DNA from: Mycoplasmoides pneumoniae FH
Lineage (GTDB): Bacteria > Bacillota_I > Bacilli_A > Mycoplasmatales > Mycoplasmoidaceae
Assembly (NCBI RefSeq): GCF_001272835.1
Contig: NZ_CP010546.1
Location: 602,809-634,808, forward strand
Reading direction: 5' to 3'
Length of the DNA stretch: 32,000 nt
Positions 9,457 to 19,010 of this stretch are shown piece by piece (position 1 is the stretch's first letter; each line of letters opens with the position of its first letter). The notes under the pieces were generated by a model, which was not told the DNA's origin, searched no databases, and worked only from the letters and a program-made list of their open reading frames with translations. The position numbers and the translations under genes are program-made.

Positions 9457-10548
9457 GTGCAAATTAGGACTTACAAAATCAAAGATATTTGCGACATTCA
9501 ACGTGGTCGTGGTATCACTAAGGAATACATTAAAAATAACTCTGGAAAATATCCTGTTTATTCTGCCGCTACTACCAATAACGGTGAGTTAGGTTTTATT
9601 AATACTTACGATTTTGCTGGTGAATATGTTACCTGAACCACTAACGGCTATGCTGGCGTTGTTTTCTATCGTAATGGCAAATTTAGTGCATCACAAGACT
9701 GTGGTGTTTTAAAAGTAAGAAACAAGGAAATTAACGCTCAATTTTTAGCTTTTGCTTTAAGTTTAAAAACACCTCAATTTGTCCATAATTTGGGATCAAG
9801 ACCTAAATTAAACCGAAATGTGGTAGCTGAAATCTCCTTAGATTTTCCACCTCTAGAAGTTCAAGAAAAAATTGCTCATTTTCTCAAATCTTTTAATGAA
9901 TTAAGCAGCCAGTTAAAAGCTGAATTAATTAAACGACAAAAGCAATACGCATTTTACAGTGATTATCTACTCAATCCTAAACATTCACAAGGTGAAGAAT
10001 ACAAACTCTTTAAACTCAAAGATATAGCTAAAAAGATTTTAGTTGGCGGTGAAAAGCCAAGTGATTTCCAAAAAGAAAAGGATCAAGTTTATAAATACCC
10101 TATTCTTTCTAATAGTCGCAAAGCAGACGATTTTTTAGGCTACAGCAAAACGTTTAGAATTGCTGAAAAATCAATTACAGTTAGTGCAAGAGGCACAATT
10201 GGTGCTGTTTTTTACCGTGATTTTTCCTACTTACCCGCTGTTAGTCTAATTTGCTTTATTCCTAAGCCAGAATTTAATATTAAGTTTTTGTTTCATGCTT
10301 TAAAAGCGACTAAATTCCACAAACAAGGTTCTGGCACAGGACAGTTAACCATGGCACAGTTTAAAGAATATCAGGTTTATATTCCATCTTTAAAAAAACA
10401 ACAAGAAATTGCTGCCACTTTGGATCCACTTTACTATATCTTTGCAAATTCTAATTGAGGAATATACAAAGAAATAGAATTGCGCAAAAAGCAAATGCAA
10501 TACTATCAAGAACGTTTGTTTCAGTGAATAGAAAACCAAAAAGTTTAA
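9457..10548 (+). CDS. hsdS: Type I restriction-modification specificity subunit (HsdS), two target-recognition domains
   Basis: GTG start QIRTYKIKDICDIQRGRGITKEYIKNNSGKYPVYSAATTNNGELGFINTY...; second copy YKLFKLKDIAKKILVGGEKPS...YPILSNSRKADDFLGYS; linkers LEVQEKIAHFLKSFNELSSQLKAELIKRQKQY and KKQQEIAATLD...ELRKKQMQYYQERLF; TGA=Trp. Confidence 0.88.
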
Positions 10549-10575
10549 TTACTAGTTAATTTTATCCGTTTAGAT

Positions 10576-12486
10576 TTAAGCGCTTAAAAGAACAAAGTGT
10601 AAATAGCTGGCTAGATCAACTACCGGTGGTTTGGTAGCTCCGGTGACTAGTTCTAAATCATGCAAGTTTTGTCCTCTCAATAAATTCATAAAGTTTGGAT
10701 CGGCAAATGAAATCTGTTCTTTGACATACAATGTAAATAACAATTCATCCTTGTCATTAAACTGGAAGAGAGAACCAGGATAGTCTTTTTTAGCAACGGT
10801 GTAAACTGGAATTGATCCATCAACAATGAACTTTAAGTTCATTTCACCACTTCAAGAGCTTGGGAATTTAGTAAATAAAGCTGCAAAAGCATAGAAACCA
10901 TACAATTGGTAACCACCGGTATATTTAATGTCCACTTCAAATCGATAATTAAAGGGATTAGCTTTATCTTGTTTTATTCCAACACCATCTATTCAATTAA
11001 TGGTTGGACTTTCAATTTTATTTTGAACTTTTAATTCCTTAATCTTTAGATTGATGTTGGATTTGCTAGTAAGTTCACCGCGCAATCAATCGGACATGTA
11101 AATTCCATTTAAACCATCTTTAGGGAATTGGATTCCTTGACTACCAAAGGCCTTTTGCTTCGCATCGTTATTTTCTTTTTTAGCGTTGTAATACCAATCA
11201 ATGGCAGTTCGAAATCCAGCAATTAAGAAACTGAAAGTTCTGTTTCTATCTGCTTCCAAGGAGATTTTTAAAGCCTCTGCTAACTGTTTTTTATCAGTGA
11301 CATCTTTGTTCTTCTTACTTCAATATTGTTTGAATTCTGATGCAGCTGTTAGAGATTTGTTAAAAGCTTCTCTTTCTGCTTCGAGTTTTTTAACTTCCTC
11401 TGCTTTTGCTTTGGCCTCTGCTTCTTGAAGTTTACGCTCCTCTTCTAGTTTCCTTAACTTTTCAACGTGCTCAGCATGTGCTTTTTCTCTTTCTTGCTTG
11501 AAAGGATTGAGTACTTTTTCCCTAAATTTAGTTGCAACATCTGTTTGGTTATTTATTTCAATAACTGATTCTGTCAGGTTAACTTTAGTATCAAATAAAG
11601 AATCACCTAAAGCAGTTTGAGCAAGTGTAGTTAAATCATTTGTGCCGTTTGAAATTAGCTTATGCACTGATGGTTTTCAAAACAGTTGGGTATTTAAATC
11701 TTTACCAGATTGTCAGAAACTGTCTTGTAAATCTGTTAGATTGGCAAAATTAGTAGTGGATGCGTTGAGTGCAAACTGTAAATCTATCGTGCTACCATCA
11801 CCTTCATAAATAGTTGCAAAATCCATTTGGATGGAAAAACTATAACAAACTTTGCCCTGAATGACTATGTCGTTTTTTCGCTCTAAATTTAAATCAAAGT
11901 TTTTGAGTGCAATCGACTTAAGGTTATATTGATCGAATAATGCAGCAATATTGTCAGCAATCTTTAAACCCTTTGGATGTAATTGCGGAAAGAAACCATC
12001 ACCAAGTAAACCAAAAAGCTTTTGTGACACTTTAGGAATTTTAGTGCTGTCGGAAACAGGAAACACAGCATTAGCTGCATTTATTTCTGCTTGAAGTTGA
12101 TTCATTAAATTAACCGTGTTTTGCACACTTTGTTTAAAACCACTAAGAAGGTTATAAACATCAATTAAACCTAATGTTTTTGGACTTAAAGCTTGTTTGA
12201 CAAAGTCCTTTTCAAATTGTTCAAAGTTGTGCTTTCAATCCTTATTTTTCGCTATTACAGCTAACTCTTCCTCACTAAAAGTAGATGCGTTAGCAAGATT
12301 GACCAAGTAGCTGTCATTATGGGCTCTAGCTAAACTTTTATTGTGTAGTGCTAAAGTATTAATGTCAGCACTAGAACCTTTTTGAGTTAATGTAGGAAAT
12401 AAAAATGCGCCTAAAGTTACAGTAGTGGTACAAAAAGCCAGCAAAAACGCTTTTGTTTTGAAGCGAATTTTTTTAGTTGCTTTCAA
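10576..12486 (-). CDS. MG032/MG096/MG288-like family paralog A (DUF240/DUF237 type), intact, 636 aa, TTG start
   Basis: Track ORFs 10576..10842, 11320..11667, 11713..12126, 12235..12486 are all in one frame; gap 10843-11320 read codon by codon contains only TGA; stop TAA at 10576-10578. Confidence 0.85.
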
Positions 12487-12604
12487 TTTAGTTGAGAAAT
12501 AAGCTAACTAAATTACTTATTAAACTAACGAAATCAATTAAGAATTAACTTTCAACCACAACAAAGTACTACAACAAACAGGGAAAATGTAATTTGTACG
12601 TAGT

Positions 12605-12610
12605 ATTTTA
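12605..12610 (-). promoter_or_regulatory. -10-like TAAAAT upstream of paralog A
   Basis: Conserved context ACTAAAAT...ACATTTTCCCTGTTTG shared with paralogs B-D. Confidence 0.45.
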
Positions 12611-12652
12611 GTTCTTTCTTGTGAAATATTGCAAAAGTTAGCTAAATCGAAA

Positions 12653-14590
12653 TTAGCTCTTATCCGCTAAAATGAGAAAGTGGAGGTAGCTCGCTAAGTC
12701 TACTACTGGCACTTTAATGTCACCACCTCAAGGCTCTAATACATCGAGCTGTTGTTTCTTCAATAATCCTTTAAAGCGTTGATCCTGTACATTAATCCAC
12801 TGAGTAATGTGTAGAGTAAATAACAGCTTGTCATCCCTAAACTGGAATAAGGTTCCAGGATAGTCCTTTTTGGAAGTAATTCAATCTGCTAATTGTCCGT
12901 CAACATTGAGCACTAATTCCATTTCACCCTTCCATTCTGGAGGAATTCCACCAAGTCCTCAATTTGCTAAAGTTCAGTAAATACCTTTAAGTCCATAATC
13001 ACCGGTGTATTTCATTCTGATTTGGAAAGCATATTTAAACGGATAGGTTTGTCTAAACTCAATACCGTTCTTGGCTTCATTTCAGAAAATTTGTTTTGGT
13101 ACACCCCAACCATTAATGTCATTGTGAATATCTTTTGTAGTTACCGATTGCAGGTTCAACTTTAAGTTAGCTCTGTGTTTTAGCTCTCAGCGTAACCAGT
13201 TAGGGATAAAGATTCCATCAACACCTAGTTTTGGTAATTCAATGCCAACATCACCAAAGGCTTTTTTCTTGGAATCTTGATCATCCTTTTTGGCGTTGTA
13301 GTACCAATCAACAGCATTTCTAAAAGCATCGGTAAGGAAAATAAAAGTTCTGTTTCTATCAGTCTTAAAGGCCAGTTTAAGTACTTCAATAAGTTGCGAT
13401 TTAATTTCAACGTTTTTACCTTTTCCTTTTCAGTAATCTTTAAAACTTTTAACGTTATTGAATGAACTAAGAAAGCGTGTTTTTTCCCTAATTAACTCTT
13501 GAACTTTCTTTTCTTTACCTTTAAGTTCTTCTTCAAGCTGTTTACGTTCACGTTCTAAACGCGCTTGTTCTTCATCATGAATGCGTTTTGCTTCCTTACG
13601 TTGTTCAATGAATGGATTGAGGATGCGTTCCTCAAACGATTTGCGAGCTTTAGTTAAAACCGTTCCATCAATTACTGAATCAGTTAAGTTAACCTTAAGA
13701 TCAAACAGGTTTTCACCAATCGCTGTTCTTGCAATTGTGGTTAAGTCATTGCCCTCATCAGTAATTAATTTATCTATTACTGGTTTTCAGAACAATTGGG
13801 TTGAGAGTGTTTGACCACTATTAGTAAAACTTTCACGTAATTCCTCTAAAGAGCTAAAGTTATTCGTTTGAGCTTGCAGAGCAAAATCAAGGTCAATTTT
13901 GGTATTTTTGCCAACATAAACGGTATGAAATTTCATTTCGATGGCAAAACTATAGCGCACCTTGTTCTTTAAAACAATGTCGTTTTGTTTGAGCAACTGC
14001 AAGTTAAACGCTTTTAACTTAATTGAATTTAAGTTGTAGTCATTAAACAAAGAAGCAACCGTATCACTAATATTTAAACCACGTGGTGTTAATCTTGGGA
14101 AGTAATCTTCACCAAAAAAACTAAAGAAACCTTCTGGTACTTTAGGGATCGTGTTTTTGTCCTCTACGGGAAAAATCTCGTTAGCCGTATCCGCCCGTTT
14201 TTGTAAGTTGTTTGCTAAATTTACTAAAGCTTGGGCTTTTTGTTGAAACCCACTAAAGAGGTTATAAACATCAATGAGAGTAAAAGCTTGGGGATCAATA
14301 AGTTGGTCAGCAAACTTATTTTGGAACTCGCTAAAGTTTTGTTCTCAATCAGTGCGACTTGTAATCGTTTCGAACTCGGTTTGACTAAAAGACGAGTTGC
14401 GCTGCAATAAGTAACTCTTGTTGTGTCGCTTATCAAAGCTACTGCTATTTAAATTAACAGCATGTGGATCATTAGCTGAACCGTTCTGTGATAAGGTGGG
14501 TACTAGAAAAACGCTAAAAGTTAGCGTTGCTGAAAATAAAGACAGCAAAAACGCTTGCGTCTTGAAGTGAAAGTTTTTCGAAGATTTCAA
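12653..14590 (-). CDS. MG032/MG096/MG288-like family paralog B, intact, 645 aa, TTG start
   Basis: C-terminal half translated manually with only TGA codons; FWKPVIDKLITDEGNDLTTIARTAIGENLFDLKVNLTDSVID..., ...DLASYLHFLILADKS*; stop TAA 12653-12655. Confidence 0.85.
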
Positions 14591-14687
14591 AGATTCTTGT
14601 CAGTGTGACTAAAAGAAATAAATTAACTTACAGGTTACGAAATGCAGACAAAATAAAAGAAGCAACGGAAAATTTAAATTCAGAAAA

Positions 14688-14693
14688 TTCTAG
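14688..14693 (-). promoter_or_regulatory. -10-like TAGAAT upstream of paralog B, immediately preceded by A15-C
   Basis: Aligned with TAAAAT/TAAAAT/TACAAT at the same place upstream of A, C and D. Confidence 0.5.
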
Positions 14694-14694
14694 T

Positions 14695-14709
14695 TTTTTT
14701 TTTTTTTTT
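14695..14709. repeat. Homopolymer T15 (A15 on the minus strand)
   Basis: Direct count. Confidence 0.9.
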
Positions 14710-14843
14710 AGTTTGAACTCAAAACGGGTTGGTGAAAGAAACTGCAATAAGCTGTTGTAAATAACTTTAACTAAGTTAAAAACTGTTTCAAACTAACCAA
14801 GCTTACTTTTAGTGTGCCTTATTGGAAATTAATGTTGGCTTAA

Positions 14844-16343
14844 TTATTTATCTGCCAAAATTAAGAAGTGGAGGTAGCTCGCTAAATCCACAACTGGTAC
14901 TTTAATTTCACCACCTCAAGGTTCAATCACATCCAATTGCTGTTTCTTTAGCAGGTTCATGAAACGTTGATCCTTAACGGTAATACGTTGCACTACGTGT
15001 AGGGTAAACAACAGTTTGTCATTTTGAAATTGGAATAACGAACCAGGGTAATCTTGCTTTTGGGTAATCCAGTTAGCTAGCTTACCATCAATTTGGAACT
15101 TCAATTCCATGTCACCACTCCATTCTGGCGGAATGCCACCAAGACCCCAGTTAGCCAAAGTTCAGTAAATCCCTTTTAACCCATAGCTACCTTTGTAATT
15201 CATGGTTATTTCAAAACCATAAGTTCAAGGAGTGGTTGCTCTGTAATTAATGCCGTTGTTGTGGTCGTTCCAATTAATCGAAACAGGCACACCTCAACCA
15301 TAAACCTCAAAGTTGTTTTCCCTTACTTTGACATTTTGTAATTGAAGTTGAATATTAGCTCTGTTGATTAATTCCCAACGTAACCAGTTAGGCATAAAGA
15401 TGCCGTTAAGACCTGATTGAGCAAAGGAAATGCCGCCGCTACCAAATGCTGTACGTTTTGCTTCTTCATCGTGTTTTTTATCGTTGTAATACCAATTAAT
15501 AGCATTCCTAAAGGCATTGGTTAACAGTTCGAAAGTAGGGTTCTGCTTGGCTTGGAAGGAAAGCTTTAAGGCTTCGATTAGTTGCTTCTTGTCTGCTACA
15601 TTTTTACTGCGCTTAGCTCAGAACTCCTTAAAACTCTTAACGTCTCTAGTAGATTGGTAAAAGGCTCAATGTTCTTCACGAATACGACGAGCTTCATCTT
15701 CCTTGGCTTTCAATTCAGCTGCAATCCGTTTTCGTTCCGCCTCTAAGCGTCTTGCTTCTTCATCATGAATGCGCTTAGCTTCAACTCGTTCAGCGTGGAA
15801 CGGATCTAAGATCTTGTCCTCAAATGATTTTTGCGCTTGCTGTAAAACGCTTTGATCAATTATTGAATCAGTTAAGTTAACCTTGAGGTTAAACAAACTT
15901 TCACCAATTGCTGTTTTAGCAATGTTGGTAAGATCATTGCCACCATCTGTGGTTAATTGTTCTACCACTGGCTTTCAGAATAGATGGGTTGAAAGAGTGT
16001 TGCCATTGTTTTCAAAACTATCACGTAGTTCTTGTAAGCTAGTGAAGTTTATTGTTTGGGCTTGTAAACTAAACTTTAAAATAGTGGTGTTCTTTCCAGC
16101 GTAAACCGTGTCAAAGCCCATTTGAAGAGCGAAGTTGTAACGCACCTTATTCTTTAAAACAATGTCGTTTTGGCGCAACAGTTTTAGGTTAAAACCAGTA
16201 AAGTCAATTGAATTTAAGTTGTAGTCATTAAACAAGGAAGCCACATTATCGGCAATGTTCAAACCACGGGGAGTTAACCGCGGAAAGTAATCTTCCTGAA
16301 AGAAACTAAAGAAGTTTTCCGGCACTTTAGGGACAGTAAGCAT
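14844..16343 (-). pseudogene. Paralog C, main 3' part (499-aa ORF)
   Basis: MLTVPKVPENFFSFFQEDYFPRLTPRGLNIADNVASLFNDYNLNS... to ...DLASYLHFLILADK*; frame differs from the 5' part. Confidence 0.8.
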
Positions 16344-16776
16344 TGTCCTCTACGGGAAAGATTTCGTTTGCCGCATTAACTCGTTTTTGCAAGTCATTGG
16401 CTACATTAACTAAACTGCGTGCTGTTTGTTCAAAACCACTAAAGAGGTTGTAAACATCTGTAAGTGTAAAATGCTCTGGGTCAATTGCTCGTTGGGCAAA
16501 CCGTTTTTGGAATTCACCAAAGTTTTGCGCTCAGTTAGTTTGCTTGGAAAGGTTTTCATACTCAGCGTTACTTAAAGCAGTTTTGCGCTTCAATAAGAAT
16601 TTCTTACTGTTATGCTTTTCAAAGCTACTGCTGTTTAAACTTACAGTTTGTGGATCAGTAGCTGAGCCATTTTGGGAAAAAGTGGGTACCACAAAAACAC
16701 TAAAAGTTAGTGTTGCTGAAAGGAGCGAAAGCAAAAATGATTGCGTCTTGAAGTGGAAACTTTTAGTTGGTTTCAA
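16327..16776 (-). pseudogene. Paralog C, 5' part (149-aa ORF, TTG start) ending at a frameshift
   Basis: ...NEIFPVEDNAYCP*; GAGGACAATGCTTACTGTCCCT (22 nt) replaces the 21-nt GAGGACAAAAACACGATCCCT of paralog B. Confidence 0.8.
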
Positions 16777-16862
16777 TGTAAAGGTGTCAGTGTGACAGAA
16801 AAAGATTGGTTTACTTTTAAAAAGTGAAAACTAAGACGACAGGGAAAATTTAAATTTAATAA

Positions 16863-16868
16863 ATTTTA
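16863..16868 (-). promoter_or_regulatory. -10-like TAAAAT upstream of paralog C
   Basis: GTGAAAAAACTAAAATTTATTAAATTTAAATTTTCCCTGTCG; shared block. Confidence 0.5.
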
Positions 16869-16955
16869 GTTTTTTCACCGAACAAAAAACGGTTTCATCG
16901 GAAAATGAAGCATAAACGGCTCAAACAACTTTAAGAATGTTTAATGATGCCTTGA

Positions 16956-17768
16956 TTACTGTTGATTTAACTTCAACAGTTGGTAGTGTAAATAACTCGC
17001 TAAATCCACTACTGGCGGCTTTGTGGACTCGGTACGTAGTTCTAAGTTATGGAGGTTTTGTGACTTAATTAATTCCATGAATTCTGGCTCTTGCACCGTA
17101 ATTTTTTCTCACACATGGAGCTTAAATAACAGCTGTTGCTTTTGATCATCAAACTGGAACAACGAACCTGGGTAATCGGGCTTTTGGACAATCTCTCAAC
17201 TTAAATCACCATCAACAATAAATTTTAAATTCAATTTACCCTTTCACTCTCCGGGAATACCAGAAAACTTGGCAATAATGGCTTCTAATCAACTTAATTT
17301 GTAATTACCTTGATATTCAATGTCAATCTCAAAGCGGAAGTTGTAAGGTTTGTCTTGATTTCGCTTAATACCGATATCTTTGTTCCATTTAATGGTAGGA
17401 CTTATCTTTGAATCAGTTACCTTTAAGCTCTTTATGTCTAAGTTAATCTTGGCCTTTTCCCCTAGCTGTTTACGCAACCATTCCGACATAAAGATGCCCT
17501 TTAAACCAGATTGGGGAAAGGCGATACCTTGTGTACCAAAAGCAGTTTTAGCAGCCTCACTTTGATCTTCTTGGTCATTTGGGTAATAATTGCTAATACC
17601 GTCCTGGAAGTTCTTAATCAAAAAGGCAAAGGTCTTATTTTGTTCTTTGGCAAAGGAAAGTTTTAAAGCTTCTAACAGCTGCTTTTTATCGGTAACATCT
17701 TTCTTTTGCTTTTGCCAGTATTCTTTAAAGGCTTGCACTGACTCAAGCGATTTGCTTACTTCTGCTAG
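16956..17768 (-). pseudogene. Paralog D, 3' part, separated from the 5' part by TAG
   Basis: LAEVSKSLESVQAFKEYWQKQKKDVTDKKQLLEALKLSF... to ...KPPVVDLASYLHYQLLKLNQQ*; same frame as 17769..18860; stop TAA 16956-16958. Confidence 0.75.
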
Positions 17769-18860
17769 CTATTCAGCTTCCTTTTGTTTTTGTTTTAATT
17801 CTTCGAGCTGTTTTTGGCGTTGCTCCTCTAAGACTTTTTGGTGTGCTTGGTGTTCCGCTAGTGCCTTTTGCCGTGCTTCAATGAACGGTTTTAAAACAGT
17901 TGCTTCAAACCTTGATTCAGCCTCTTTTAGCACGGTTTGATCCAAAACTGACTTGGTTAAATTAGCTTGGGTGGTAAATAAATTATCACCAACAGCTGCT
18001 TTTGCTACAGTTGTTAAATCATTGTTATTACCCAACACTAACCGCTTGACCGTTGGCTTTCAAAAAAGTTGTGTAGTTAAGTTCTGGCCACGTAAAACCA
18101 AGCTGTCTTGCAATTCCTGTAAGTTAGCAAAATTAGTGGTCATTGCCTTAACTGAAAAAGCTAAGTTGGTTGTACTGTTTACACCCGTATAAACTGTTTC
18201 AAAATCTCATTGGATTACGAAGCTGTAACGCATCTTGTAGCGCTTCACAATGTCCGGTTGTTTTTCTAGTTTCAGATCAAACTGCTTTAACGCAATGCTT
18301 TGAAGTTTGTATTGTTGCAAAACTGTCGTAATATTCTCAGTCACATTTAAACCCTTAGGGGTTAATTGAGGAAAGAAATCACTACCCAAAATGGTAAACA
18401 GCTGTTCGGGTACTTGGGGCAATTGAAATGCCTCGTGCACCGGAAAAACGGCATTTGCTAGTAATACCTTTGCATTTAAGTCATTAATTAACTTAACGGT
18501 ATCACGCGTACTTTGTTCCAATCCACTCAACAGGTTGTAAACATCAATCACACCCAACTGTTGTGGGTTAAGCGAATTGTCCTTAAACTTAGTTTGCAAC
18601 TGTTCAAAGTTAGCCTTTCAGTTAGTGTGTTTGGTGGTGTAATCCAGGTCAGCTTGACTAATACCAGAATTAAATTGCAACTGGTAGCGGTTGCTTTGGT
18701 TTTGTTCAAAGCGTTGGTTGCTTAAGGTAAAGTCACTAACTGACTGGTTTGTTTTTTCAGTTAAAGTCGGTCAAACAACGATAGCTAGAGTAGTTGTTAA
18801 ACCAGCTAAGCTTAACGATAACGTTTTGAGAAGTAAACGTTTCTTTTTAATTAATTTCAA
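17769..18860 (-). pseudogene. Paralog D, 5' part (363 aa, TTG start), ends in in-frame TAG at 17769-17771
   Basis: LKLIKKKRLLLKTL..., ...FDLKLEKQPDIVKRYKMRYSFVIQWDFETVYTG...; EELKQKQKEAE then TAG. Confidence 0.8.
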
Positions 18861-18861
18861 G

Positions 18862-18886
18862 TTTGGTTAAAAACGGTTTAACCAAA
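18862..18886. promoter_or_regulatory. Perfect 10-bp inverted repeat directly upstream of the TTG start of paralog D
   Basis: TTTGGTTAAA (18862-18871) - AACGG - TTTAACCAAA (18877-18886). Confidence 0.55.
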
Positions 18887-18952
18887 TAGTTAAATTACTA
18901 ACCGAAATGAATTAAAGCAACTACAACAACAGAAAAATTTAATGCGTTAATA

Positions 18953-18958
18953 ATTGTA
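18953..18958 (-). promoter_or_regulatory. -10-like TACAAT upstream of paralog D
   Basis: AAAAACTACAATTATTAACGCATTAAATTTTTCTGTTG; shared block. Confidence 0.45.
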
Positions 18959-19010
18959 GTTTTTGTACTTTACTGTGTTGACAATCAACTGTTAAAAACA
19001 AATAATACTG

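Noticed and set aside
11201-11428. Plus-strand ORFs opposite the paralog array (11201..11428, 13277..13465, 13581..13814, 15883..16104, 16544..16795, 17590..17940, 17953..18192, 18513..18725)
   Set aside because: Antisense of paralog coding DNA, and they recur only because the paralogs recur.
13225-13410. Minus-strand ORFs 13225..13410 and 14224..14436 in a different frame from paralog B
   Set aside because: The codon-by-codon frame of paralog B is continuous through these positions and matches its paralogs, so these are out-of-frame overlaps.
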